Of a stretch of 64,000 bases of DNA, positions 20,960 to 29,414 are shown piece by piece; the stretch's first letter is position 1; each line of letters begins with the position of its first letter. The stretch spans positions 11,282-75,281 of the forward strand of contig CALVML010000005.1 of the NCBI GenBank assembly GCA_944345705.1, in the 5' to 3' direction. The notes under the pieces are model-generated. The model ran no database searches and was not told the DNA's origin. It saw nothing but the letters and a program-made list of their open reading frames with translations. The translations under genes and the position numbers were made by a program. This DNA comes from an uncultured Clostridia bacterium (GTDB lineage Bacteria; Bacillota; Clostridia; Christensenellales; UBA1242).

Positions 20960-22045
20960 ATGAAGAAATTATCGCTTGCCATGATAGTCAAGGATGAAGA
21001 AAGCACTCTCGGTGACTGTCTAAAGAATGCAAAAGAGTACGCTGATGAAATTATCATTGTAGATACAGGAAGCCAAGACAAAACCAAACAGGTGGCGGAA
21101 AACTTTACTAAATTTGTATATGATTTTGTTTGGCAAGATGACTTTTCTAAGGCAAGAAATTTTGCTTTTGATAAGGCGAAATATCAGTACATAATTTGGC
21201 TTGATGCTGACGATATATTGACAGAAGAAAGTGTAAATGCCATAAAAAAATGGAAAAAGGATAAAGAAGATGTTGATGTTGTCATGTGTCCATATGTCAC
21301 AAGTTTTGACAAAGATTTTAAACCAAAATTTGAATTCTATAGAGAGCGAATAGTCAAGAATGATAAAAATCTAAGATGGCATGATCCAGTCCATGAAATT
21401 ATTGTGCCTAGTGGAAAAGTTGTACACAATAAGAATATTAAAATCTATCACAACAAAAAGAAAAAGGTCTACACTAGTCGCAATCTTAACATATATCTAA
21501 AAATGCAAGAAAATAAAGTCAATTTCTCGCCACGACAAAAATTCTATTTTGCACGCGAACTTTACTATAATAATATGATAGAACAAGCAATCAATCAGTT
21601 CTCACAATTTTTGTCAGAGGGGAAAGGGTGGAAAGAAAATAATATTGAAGCGTGTTTAAATCTTGCTAGATGTTACATGGCAAAAAAAGAAAAGAAAAAC
21701 GCATTGACTGCGCTATTCGGCTCATTTGTTTATGGCGTACCTAAGGGAGAAATACTTTACGAAATTGGAAATCAATTTTTTGATGACAAAGATTATTTGA
21801 CGGCAATCTATTGGTATAATCTCGCACTCTCAGCGAAGATGGATACTACAAGCGGAGCGTTTTATGATGTAAACTGCTACACACTTTTTCCAGCCCTGCA
21901 ACTATGCGTTTGCTATTATAAAATTGGTGACAGAGAGAAGGCATATCACTATCACTTGATCTCCAAAGGATTTGCTCCAGATGATGAAAGAGTTAAATTT
22001 AATGAAAAATTTTTCGAAAAATGTAAAGACAGTAGTGACGCTTAA
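20960..22045 (+). CDS. family-2 glycosyltransferase with C-terminal TPR-like region
   Basis: N-terminus LSLAMIVKDEESTLGDCLKNAKEYADEIIIVDTGSQDKT...WQDDFSKARNFAFDKA...IIWLDADD is the GT2 (GT-A, DxD) pattern. The C-terminal half has helical repeats (YEIGNQFFDDKDYLTAIYWYNLAL). Confidence 0.8.
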   Translation: MKKLSLAMIVKDEESTLGDCLKNAKEYADEIIIVDTGSQDKTKQVAENFTKFVYDFVWQDDFSKARNFAFDKAKYQYIIWLDADDILTEESVNAIKKWKKDKEDVDVVMCPYVTSFDKDFKPKFEFYRERIVKNDKNLRWHDPVHEIIVPSGKVVHNKNIKIYHNKKKKVYTSRNLNIYLKMQENKVNFSPRQKFYFARELYYNNMIEQAINQFSQFLSEGKGWKENNIEACLNLARCYMAKKEKKNALTALFGSFVYGVPKGEILYEIGNQFFDDKDYLTAIYWYNLALSAKMDTTSGAFYDVNCYTLFPALQLCVCYYKIGDREKAYHYHLISKGFAPDDERVKFNEKFFEKCKDSSDA

Positions 22046-22130
22046 ATTATAATAATTAAGCAAAATCGACATAAAAATCGCAAAAAAATGCAAAAAATAC
22101 ACAATTTTTTATAAAAATAATAAAAAAAAG

Positions 22131-22179
22131 AGTTGAAATATTGATTTTTATATATTTTAAATATTTCAACTTTTTTTTA
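22131..22179. terminator. bidirectional terminator between convergent GT2 and nucleoside hydrolase genes
   Basis: 12-bp stem AGTTGAAATATT (22131-22142) / AATATTTCAACT (22160-22171), with an A-run upstream and a T-run downstream. Confidence 0.7.
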
Positions 22180-22201
22180 TTTTATTCAATAAATTAGTCG
22201 T

Positions 22202-23131
22202 CTATGGCTTTACTTTGACATTGTCAAGACTCTTTAGGCGCCTTGTTACTTCCTTTAAAAATAACTCGCGGTGACAATTCATAATTATTGTACATTGTCC
22301 ATCTTTTTTGAAGGTGACATAGGTTCTTCCAGGCTGATCTTCTGTATCAACTTCGACATCAATCGTGTCAGTTATAAAAAGTTCAGGATTTGTAAGTGCT
22401 AAGAAAGTACATGTGTCATTGGTGCTAATTCTCTTTTCATTATACCCAGGTTCCCAATACTTAGTATACATTTGATAAAGGAATTTTCCAACTTCATTGG
22501 TGTCGCGTATTTGGTATACAAAGTCTTCAGTGTAATGTGCCTGATTTCGACCAAGATTTGATGGTATCATTACAAGTGGAATTTTGCTGTCTATTACAAT
22601 CTTAAATGCTTCAGGATCTGATGTCAAATTGAAGGAAAGGTGTTCAGGAAAACCTTTGACTCCGTAAGGCGCTCCACCCATAAAGTATATCTTAGGAATT
22701 TTTTTGATTATGTCAGGATGTCTTTTGAGAAGCAGTGCCATATTTGTTTGCGGGCCGAGCAAGATTGGTACTATGTCACCATCACCTTCGCTTAAAACCT
22801 TATACATCATTTCGGCTGCGTCATCTTTTAGAATATTGCGTGGCACAAATTTAGGTGGAGTATAGCCACCTAGGCCTTCTTTTTGATGGATAAAAGTTGC
22901 GTTGATAGATTCTCTATAAAGTGCCTTCTTTGCGCCTTCTGCGACAGGGGAGTCAAGTCCATACTTGTTTAAAACATGCAGAAGATTCCTAGTGCATTTT
23001 TCAACAGCAATATTTCCAGCTACAGTAGTCAAAAGTTTAACTTCTACATTTGGATCAAAAAGTGCGAAAGTCAGACATGCAACATCGTCTACACCGGGAT
23101 CTGTATCAATAATAACTTTCAATTTTTCCAT
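22202..23131 (-). CDS. nucleoside hydrolase (IUNH family)
   Basis: N-terminal signature KVIIDTDPGVDDVACL (DxDxxxDD). 309 aa, a typical size. Confidence 0.85.
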   Translation of the reverse strand: MEKLKVIIDTDPGVDDVACLTFALFDPNVEVKLLTTVAGNIAVEKCTRNLLHVLNKYGLDSPVAEGAKKALYRESINATFIHQKEGLGGYTPPKFVPRNILKDDAAEMMYKVLSEGDGDIVPILLGPQTNMALLLKRHPDIIKKIPKIYFMGGAPYGVKGFPEHLSFNLTSDPEAFKIVIDSKIPLVMIPSNLGRNQAHYTEDFVYQIRDTNEVGKFLYQMYTKYWEPGYNEKRISTNDTCTFLALTNPELFITDTIDVEVDTEDQPGRTYVTFKKDGQCTIIMNCHRELFLKEVTRRLKSLDNVKVKP

Positions 23132-23435
23132 AGATAATATCCTTTTATAGTTATTGTTAAATATTAAAATATAATTAAAATTCGTTTAATTTTATATATT
23201 GATATTTATTACATATAATTTAATTATATAAAAAAGTCAGCAAAAAGCAACCCTTTTTTTGAAATTTGTTATTTTTTTGAACTTAAAAAATAAATCTTAT
23301 AATTATATGTGATAAAAAATGAAATATTTATAAAAAATATCAAAATTATCTTGTTTATTTTAAGATTTGATTGTATAATAAAAAAGGTTCTATTAATATA
23401 TATCAAACAGCAATTTAATAAATTTTGTTTTTTAT

Positions 23436-23526
23436 GGAGATGTACCGAAGTGGTCGTAACGGGACGCACTCGAAATGCGTTTATCGGGCAACTGATACGT
23501 GGGTTCGAATCCCACCGTCTCCGCCA
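23436..23526 (+). tRNA. tRNA-Ser (anticodon CGA), CCA encoded
   Basis: GGAGATGTACCGAAGTGGTCGTAACGGGACGCACTCGAAATGCGTTTATCGGGCAACTGATACGTGGGTTCGAATCCCACCGTCTCCGCCA. Acceptor GGAGATG/CGTCTCC, anticodon loop CT-CGA-AA, long variable arm, T-arm GTGGG-TTCGAAT-CCCAC. Confidence 0.9.
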
Positions 23527-23527
23527 A
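23508..23527 (+). repeat. attL core (3' end of tRNA-Ser)
   Basis: AATCCCACCGTCTCCGCCAA, identical to 59602-59621. Confidence 0.85.
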
Positions 23528-23553
23528 TACCATATATTGTATTTATAACAAAA

Positions 23554-23585
23554 AATAAACACTAAATATTGTGTTTATTTTTTAT
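23554..23585. terminator. hairpin terminator between tRNA-Ser and the end of int
   Basis: AATAAACAC (23554-23562) / GTGTTTATT (23571-23579) followed by a T-run, with an A-run on the other side. Confidence 0.6.
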
Positions 23586-23615
23586 TTAGTCACACTTTTG
23601 CCACAAAGCATATAA
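23585..23615 (+). repeat. candidate integrase arm-type site (P' side)
   Basis: TTTAGTCACACTTTTGCCACAAAGCATATAA, an imperfect direct repeat of 59480-59510. Confidence 0.45.
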
Positions 23616-23625
23616 AAATTAAATC

Positions 23626-24783
23626 TTATACAACACTATTCAGTAGGTTGATAGCATCTTCTTTAGCTTGTGGATAAAGATGTCCATAAGTTTCAATTAC
23701 CTGTTCTTCACGATCGCCAATAAGTTCGGCTATGACCTTTGTATTTATGCCTAAATGTATCAGCAAGCTTACATAAGAATGCCTAAATCCATGAGGAGTT
23801 ATGGAGGATACATTGGCGTTATTAATATCCTTGCGCAATTGCCTTCTAATTGTATTTTCAGAAAGAGGAATATCTCCGCCGAATAAGAATTTATTTGAAA
23901 TATTATTTTTTTGTTTCCATTTTTTATACTCTATAATTTTGCTAGCCAATATATCTGGAATTTTTTTATGTACGATTTTATAATTTTTTGTAGCTTTAAT
24001 TTCAGGAGCACTAGATTTTTTCCCTTCTAAAGATTTATTTATAGTTATTTGATTGTCTACTATATCATTATCTGCAAGAGCTCTAATTTCGTTAAACCTT
24101 GCTCCTGTATACATAAATGTTGCCCACATTGTATTCCATAAAATATCATCAACTGAACTTATAAATTTATTAAAAGTATCAATATCCCAAAAATTTATTT
24201 CTTTTTTTAGTTCTTTATTTTTTGGTATTTTTATAGTTTTGAACCTATTAGGTATATCATATATATTTTCGCAGTATTCAAGAAAAGTTTGAAAAGTTAT
24301 TCTTATTTTTGATAGGTATTCCCAAGCGTAAGTTTTGTTTGTCTTTTTATTTTTTAAATTCCATATATAGTTTTGCCATTCAACTAAATCAGCTTTAGTA
24401 ATTGATTCTATGCTTCGTTTTGAAAAATATGGTGTTATAAATCTTAAAAAAATATGTTCTTTATCATACACTGTACTAGATGCATTATTTGTTTTACAAT
24501 CTTTTAGATATAAACTAAGAACGTCATCAAAAATTATGTGCTTTGTAGGTTTTACTATTTTATGGTTAGCAGTATAATCAACGAAAGCTTGTTGAGCTTC
24601 TTTTTTTGTCTTAAAACCAGAAAGTCTTTTTTGCTTTTCTCCGTCATACTCCATAATTCTAAATCTAACTGACCATAATCTTCGCTCAATTTTGCCACCA
24701 CAAATTTTGCATCTATCATCTTTTGTGGCAGACACATTTCTTTTGCAATTAGGGCAGTATTTAGCCTGTTCAAAACTTGCCAT
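23626..24783 (-). CDS. int: tyrosine integrase with N-terminal zinc ribbon and arm-binding-like domain
   Basis: C-terminal catalytic region ARFNEIRAL...TPHGFRHSYVSLLIHLGINTKVIAELIGDREEQVIETYGHLY (R, HxxR, Y). N-terminus CPNCKRNV...CKICGGK, then WSVRFRIMEYDGEKQKRLSGFKTKKEAQ. Adjacent to attL. Confidence 0.92.
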   Translation of the reverse strand: MASFEQAKYCPNCKRNVSATKDDRCKICGGKIERRLWSVRFRIMEYDGEKQKRLSGFKTKKEAQQAFVDYTANHKIVKPTKHIIFDDVLSLYLKDCKTNNASSTVYDKEHIFLRFITPYFSKRSIESITKADLVEWQNYIWNLKNKKTNKTYAWEYLSKIRITFQTFLEYCENIYDIPNRFKTIKIPKNKELKKEINFWDIDTFNKFISSVDDILWNTMWATFMYTGARFNEIRALADNDIVDNQITINKSLEGKKSSAPEIKATKNYKIVHKKIPDILASKIIEYKKWKQKNNISNKFLFGGDIPLSENTIRRQLRKDINNANVSSITPHGFRHSYVSLLIHLGINTKVIAELIGDREEQVIETYGHLYPQAKEDAINLLNSVV

Positions 24784-24785
24784 TA

Positions 24786-25160
24786 TTAAACCTCGCCTTT
24801 GTCCTGTTTATTGTTTAAATCTTGTCGAATATAATCTAAACTTTTTTTGATAGACATTAATTCTTCTTGGCAATCTTTAACCTTTGCTTCAGATTTTGCA
24901 AGCCTTTCTCTTGCATTGCCTAAACCAAACAAACAAGAAATAGTTATTACTGAAGAGGCGACAAATGTCAAAATAAATGTTAAGTCGGCTAACATAATAT
25001 AAAAAACTAACATTATTATAGAAAAGATTAAAAATAGATAGGCTATAATTGTAAATCTACTGTGTTTTTTAAGATCTTTAATTATTTGCGATTTGTTTTC
25101 AGACCAAGTTTTTTTACTATTGTTGTTATCGTCTTTTGGTTTTTTATTTATAATTATCAT
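24786..25160 (-). CDS. small membrane protein of the lysogeny operon (2 TM + C-terminal coiled coil)
   Basis: FTIIAYLFLIFSIIMLVFYIMLADLTFILTFVASSVITISCLFGL hydrophobic core. Overlaps the repressor stop by 4 nt (coupled), between cI-like and int. Confidence 0.55.
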   Translation of the reverse strand: MIIINKKPKDDNNNSKKTWSENKSQIIKDLKKHSRFTIIAYLFLIFSIIMLVFYIMLADLTFILTFVASSVITISCLFGLGNARERLAKSEAKVKDCQEELMSIKKSLDYIRQDLNNKQDKGEV

Positions 25161-25756
25161 AGACTTCTCCTTATTTCTATAGCAACACCGATAATTCTTA
25201 TCGGTAATCTTAGGATATCTTCCTTTGAATAGAATGATGGCTTGAAATCACAATTAGGATTGTGTGGAAGAACCCAAATACCATTGGGTTCTTTTTTTAT
25301 TTCTTTAAGGGTAGCATCATATCCATTAATCATAACAACGCAAATTTGTCCAGACTCCGCATCTTCCTGTTGGCGGACAATAACAACATCTCCGTCTTTA
25401 ACTGTAGGTAGCATTGAATCTCCGCGAACTTTTAATGCAAAGTAATTACCTCGTCTAGCCATGTCTTCGCTAATATCTTCATAGTCAAGTATATCTTCTA
25501 CAGCTTCAATAGGAGTGCCTGCAGGTATTACTCCAAGAACTGGGATTTTGAAAGCAGAACTTTCAGTTAAGGGTTTGTCACCCAATAAAACCTCTAAAGA
25601 GACGCCGAAAATTGATGCTAATTTTTTACATGTAAGAATATCTGGTGTTCTTGTTCCCTGTTCATAATTAGAATACGCTTGGGGGGTTATATTAAGTAAA
25701 TTAGCTACTTCGGCTTGAGTTAACATATTGCGTTTTCTAAAATCTTTAAGATTCAT
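25157..25756 (-). CDS. CI/LexA-like repressor (XRE HTH + S24 peptidase domain)
   Basis: Start set at the ATG with RBS AAGGAGG (rc of 25761-25769). HTH MLTQAEVANLLNITPQAYSNYEQG. S24 motifs ALKVRGDSMLPTVKDGDVVIV and ATLKEIKK (Ser/Lys dyad). Confidence 0.87.
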   Translation of the reverse strand: MNLKDFRKRNMLTQAEVANLLNITPQAYSNYEQGTRTPDILTCKKLASIFGVSLEVLLGDKPLTESSAFKIPVLGVIPAGTPIEAVEDILDYEDISEDMARRGNYFALKVRGDSMLPTVKDGDVVIVRQQEDAESGQICVVMINGYDATLKEIKKEPNGIWVLPHNPNCDFKPSFYSKEDILRLPIRIIGVAIEIRRSL

Positions 25757-25842
25757 AAAAGCCTCCTTAATCATTAAATCAACATTATGTTTAATATTAT
25801 TATACAAATATCAAAAAAAAATTCAATAAATTGTTGAAAAAT

Positions 25843-25853
25843 AGTTGACAACT
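25843..25853. promoter_or_regulatory. candidate operator palindrome overlapping the -35 of the rightward promoter
   Basis: AGTTGaCAACT palindrome. Related half-sites TTGTTGA (25831-25837) and TCAACAA (25886-25892) flank the promoter. Confidence 0.4.
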
Positions 25854-25873
25854 AAACAAATTGAATATATAAT
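25845..25873 (+). promoter_or_regulatory. early rightward promoter (PR-like)
   Basis: Perfect consensus TTGACA (25845-25850), 17 nt, TATAAT (25868-25873), in the divergent repressor/cro intergenic region. Confidence 0.7.
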
Positions 25874-25924
25874 AAAGACATAAACTCAACAAAATGATTA
25901 GTTTAAATAAAAGGAGGTGATTAT

Positions 25925-26113
25925 GTGAAATTTAAAGAGCTACTCAAAGTTCATGGAGTTAAACAGATACAGCTTGCAAAGGAACTTGGAGTATCAACGC
26001 AACTAGTAACCAATTGGATTAAAGGATATAGCAAGCCAAGTTTAGTTGCGATTAAAAAAATATCTAGCTTATTGAAACTAGATATTGACAAAGTAGTTGA
26101 ATGCTTTGTGTAG
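25925..26113 (+). CDS. Cro-like XRE-family HTH protein
   Basis: GTG start after AAAGGAGGTG. VKQIQLAKELGVSTQLVTNWIKGYSKPS HTH. Divergent from the repressor. Confidence 0.8.
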   Translation: MKFKELLKVHGVKQIQLAKELGVSTQLVTNWIKGYSKPSLVAIKKISSLLKLDIDKVVECFV

Positions 26114-26132
26114 ACGACTTAATAAAGGAGGG

Positions 26133-26294
26133 ATGATGAATAAATATGGAATTGCAATAGAACCGGATATCAATGTTGGACAGATTGTTGAAATTCAAGG
26201 ACTGGGGAGCTGTTTGGTTATAGGTTTTGCTTCTACAACAGGAGCAACAATGTTTTTTTCTTATAAATTACAAGAAATAATAGGAATTATTTAG
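26133..26294 (+). CDS. hypothetical protein (53 aa)
   Basis: ATG after RBS AAAGGAGGG. No recognised motif. Confidence 0.45.
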   Translation: MMNKYGIAIEPDINVGQIVEIQGLGSCLVIGFASTTGATMFFSYKLQEIIGII

Positions 26295-26385
26295 ATTTTG
26301 TATTTGAAGTTGATATTCATAACAACTCCTTTTCTTAGGAGTATAAACAAAAGAAAAATAAAGTCAATTAAAAGGAGGTGAGATA

Positions 26386-26601
26386 ATGGAGAAGGCATAC
26401 TTAGACAAATATGACATAATGAATATTTTTGACTGCTGTGCAGATAGAGCGTTGGCAATTATTCGTTCAATTAAGTCAGTTTCAGACAGCTTAAAGATTA
26501 AAGGGAAAGTTACAAAAGCTGATTATGATGCTTGGTTTAATAGACCGCTAAAAAAAGACAATGCCAAAGGTTTTCCGGAAACAACAGCATTGTCTAAGTA
26601 A
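26386..26601 (+). CDS. hypothetical early protein (71 aa), possibly DNA-binding/excisionase-like
   Basis: RBS AAAGGAGGTGAG. The function is a guess from position and size only. Confidence 0.5.
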   Translation: MEKAYLDKYDIMNIFDCCADRALAIIRSIKSVSDSLKIKGKVTKADYDAWFNRPLKKDNAKGFPETTALSK

Positions 26602-26676
26602 GATGCATCGAGAAAAACATCTTACTTAAATTGTAACACAAATTTTAAAAAAAATCAATTTAAGGAGACAAATTTT

Positions 26677-26814
26677 ATGAAAAATTTAATATTTATTGGT
26701 ACACCTAACGAAGTTATTAAACAGATTATAACATTAGGTATTAGATGTCAATTTAGAGGAATAAAAAACCCAACAATCAAAGACATGTTGGAGGTGCAGA
26801 ATGGACAAGCTTAA
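26677..26814 (+). CDS. small hypothetical protein (45 aa)
   Basis: ATG after RBS AAGGAGA. Ends in overlap with the next gene start. Below the ORF-track cutoff. Confidence 0.35.
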   Translation: MKNLIFIGTPNEVIKQIITLGIRCQFRGIKNPTIKDMLEVQNGQA

Positions 26815-27460
26815 GCAAGTATCCAAAGCCCACCAAAGATATTATACAAGTTGGGGAGAATTAGTTCCAGGTTCGACTACTGTCACAGGGCTATTAAATA
26901 AGCCTGCATTAGTTAAATGGGCAAATCAATTAGGATTACAGGGAATTGATTCAAGTAAATATGTTGATAAAGCCGCTAAAGTCGGAACGCTCATTCATTA
27001 TCTTGTTGAGTGTCATATCACGGGAAAGAAAGCAGATTTAAGTGATTATTCAAAATTTGAAATAGAACTAGCAAATGTAGGCTTTAATAAATATTTAGAC
27101 TGGGAGAAAAAACATAAAGTAGAATCAATATTTAGTGAGAAAGGATTTGCTTCAGATAAATATAGATATGGTGGAACATGTGATTTTTACTGTAAGTTAG
27201 ATGGGAAATATACATTAATTGATTTTAAATCGTGTAAAGGAATTTACGATGAGCAATTCGTTCAAGTTTCATCCTATGCAAATCTACTTATAGAGAATGG
27301 ACATAAAGTTGAGCAGATCTTAATACTGCGAATTGGTAGAGATGAAACAGAAGGCTTTGAAGAAAAATATATAATTCAAAAGCAATCTAAGTTATATTTT
27401 GATGTTTTCAAAAATTTATTGAAAATCTATTATCTTAAGAAAAAAATAGGATGGAGGTAG
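26801..27460 (+). CDS. PD-(D/E)XK (RecB/Cas4-like) nuclease
   Basis: GTLIHYLVE..., CDFYCKLDGKYTLIDFKSCKG (D...D/ExK) and QVSSYANLL (QxxxY). Sits upstream of ERF and SSB. Confidence 0.65.
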   Translation: MDKLKQVSKAHQRYYTSWGELVPGSTTVTGLLNKPALVKWANQLGLQGIDSSKYVDKAAKVGTLIHYLVECHITGKKADLSDYSKFEIELANVGFNKYLDWEKKHKVESIFSEKGFASDKYRYGGTCDFYCKLDGKYTLIDFKSCKGIYDEQFVQVSSYANLLIENGHKVEQILILRIGRDETEGFEEKYIIQKQSKLYFDVFKNLLKIYYLKKKIGWR

Positions 27461-27462
27461 TT

Positions 27463-28107
27463 ATGAATATATATCAAACAATAAACGCCATAATGGACGA
27501 AATAGAGCCCATAGGCAAAGACAGCGTAAATAAACAACAAGGCTTTAAATATAGAGGTGTTGATGCAGTTATGAACGCATTACAACCATTATTTGCAAAA
27601 CATAAATTGTTCTGTGTTCCTGAGGTTATTTCTAGTATAAGAGAAGATAGGACAAGTAGTAAAGGCAATTTATTAATTTACTCAATCATTAGAGTTAAAT
27701 ACAAATTTTATGCAGAAGATGGCAGTTTTATTGAAACTACTGTTGAAGGTGAAGGAATGGATAGCGGAGATAAGGCAACAAATAAAGCACTGGCGATAGC
27801 CTTTAAATACGCTTGTTTTCAACTATTTTGTATACCAACTGAAGAGGTTAGTCCTGATCCTGATAAAGAAAGCCACGAGCTTAAAAATAATATCTCAGAT
27901 ATCGAAAAAAAGAATTTAATTCAATGCAATAACTGCGGTAAAGAGATAAAAGCTCAAGAGATAAATGGAAGCTTAAGAACAGCTGAAGAAATAAAAGAAA
28001 AATGCAATGGAATGTGTTTGCACTGCTATATGAAATACGGCAAAAGTAAAGATGAGGCAAAAACTGAACAAACAAAAATAGAAGAAGTGGAGGTGCAAAG
28101 TGAATAG
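27463..28107 (+). CDS. erf: ERF-family single-strand annealing protein with C-terminal zinc ribbon
   Basis: MNIYQTINAIMDEIEPIGKDSVNKQQGFKYRGVDAVMNALQPLFAKHKL is the ERF N-terminal pattern. C-terminal CNNCGK...CLHCY. Confidence 0.75.
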   Translation: MNIYQTINAIMDEIEPIGKDSVNKQQGFKYRGVDAVMNALQPLFAKHKLFCVPEVISSIREDRTSSKGNLLIYSIIRVKYKFYAEDGSFIETTVEGEGMDSGDKATNKALAIAFKYACFQLFCIPTEEVSPDPDKESHELKNNISDIEKKNLIQCNNCGKEIKAQEINGSLRTAEEIKEKCNGMCLHCYMKYGKSKDEAKTEQTKIEEVEVQSE

Positions 28108-28504
28108 AACAGAACTCATAGGAAATGTAACTAAAGATATAGAGCTTAATACAACATCAACAAAGGTAAACTATTGCAATTTTAGTTTAGCAGTAAGGCG
28201 AAGATATCCTGATAAAGATGGCAATGAAATTGTTGATTTTCACAACTGTGCAGCCTTTAGTAAGCTTGCTGAAAATTTAGCTAAATATGTGAAAAAAGGT
28301 AATAAGTTATTTGTTGCTGGAGAGCTAATTTATGATACATACGAGAATAAAGAGGGCACAAAAAAGACAATAGCAAAAATAATGGTGGAACAAGTCGAGT
28401 TCTTAACACCAAAGTCAGTGAACGGTGTAACTCCTGAGAGTGCTGAAGGTAATCCGTGCCCAGAGGAGTTGACACCTATTGATGACGATTCACTTCCATT
28501 TTAG
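28100..28504 (+). CDS. ssb: single-stranded DNA-binding protein
   Basis: GTG start after GGAGGTG. OB-fold N-terminus MNRTELIGNVTKDIEL and acidic tail IDDDSLPF. Confidence 0.88.
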   Translation: MNRTELIGNVTKDIELNTTSTKVNYCNFSLAVRRRYPDKDGNEIVDFHNCAAFSKLAENLAKYVKKGNKLFVAGELIYDTYENKEGTKKTIAKIMVEQVEFLTPKSVNGVTPESAEGNPCPEELTPIDDDSLPF

Positions 28505-28512
28505 GCGACATT

Positions 28513-29118
28513 ATGATAGCAAAAATTAAGGTTGGTAACCCAACATACTCACAAAATATTAAAGGTGAGGGTTACCTTACTTTTCCTATAAAATCAATGC
28601 AAAATTGGTCAACAAGGCTGTTAGTTCAAGGGCTTGAAAACAATACAAAAGAGTTAGTATGCAATTTGGATTATGCAGTTAAACAACGCAGTTTAGACCA
28701 AAACTCACTCTTATGGGGACTACTTGAAGAAGAGGCTAAATTTTTAAATGGTGGTCGAAAAAATAACATCGAATGCAGTTCTGAAAATCTCTACTATGAA
28801 GCTATAAACAAATATGGCAAAGATACTTTAATAGCTGTTAAAAATGGCGCAGAAAAGGAGTTAAAACGAGTATATAAAAGAGTTTTTATTATTGATAAAT
28901 ACGAGTTAAATGGTGAACTATGGCTTAAATGTAGATGTGTAATTGGAAGCTCGAAATATACGAGTAAAGAGATGTCAGAACTGATAGAAGGTGTGCTTGA
29001 TGATATAGCGAGATTAGGAATTGACACAAAAGAAATAAGGTTTTTAAAAGGAGAATATGAAGATGGTATACGAGCAAATAAGAAAACAAAAGAAGTTAAC
29101 AAATCTTCAGAAAAATAG
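28513..29118 (+). CDS. NinB/Orf-like recombination protein (tentative)
   Basis: KQRSLDQNSLLWGLLEE resembles the RSLDQN..LW..LgD core of lambda NinB. Lies in the recombination module. Confidence 0.5.
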   Translation: MIAKIKVGNPTYSQNIKGEGYLTFPIKSMQNWSTRLLVQGLENNTKELVCNLDYAVKQRSLDQNSLLWGLLEEEAKFLNGGRKNNIECSSENLYYEAINKYGKDTLIAVKNGAEKELKRVYKRVFIIDKYELNGELWLKCRCVIGSSKYTSKEMSELIEGVLDDIARLGIDTKEIRFLKGEYEDGIRANKKTKEVNKSSEK

Positions 29119-29413
29119 ATTAAATACTATATATCGTAGGTTGATTGTAGGACAAGCAACTAAAGATAAGCTTAAACAACTTATACAAGCAGATGAGCGC
29201 ACTGTGCGAGATTGTATTTCATACATAAAGAAATTTTATCCAGTGATTAGTTTAAGTGGAGATAAAGGTTATAGAATTGCAAAGTCAAAAGAAGATTTAG
29301 AAGACGCAAAACACATGATAGCATCTGAAACAAGCAGAGCAAACGAAATCATGGACGGAATAGTTGAAGTAAAAAATTTTGTATGTAAGATGCAAGAAGA
29401 AATGGAGGCATAG
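29057..29413 (+). CDS. putative winged-helix DNA-binding protein
   Basis: KDKLKQLIQADERTVRDCISYIKKFYPVISLSGDKGYRI looks like a wHTH. The start is uncertain (overlaps the upstream gene by about 60 nt). Confidence 0.4.
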   Translation: MKMVYEQIRKQKKLTNLQKNRLNTIYRRLIVGQATKDKLKQLIQADERTVRDCISYIKKFYPVISLSGDKGYRIAKSKEDLEDAKHMIASETSRANEIMDGIVEVKNFVCKMQEEMEA

Positions 29414-29414
29414 C

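Noticed and set aside
23269-23562. Two ORF-track ORFs (97 aa minus strand, 79 aa plus strand) over the tRNA region
   Set aside because: They overlap the tRNA-Ser gene and AT-rich intergenic DNA, their translations are low-complexity, and neither has an RBS.
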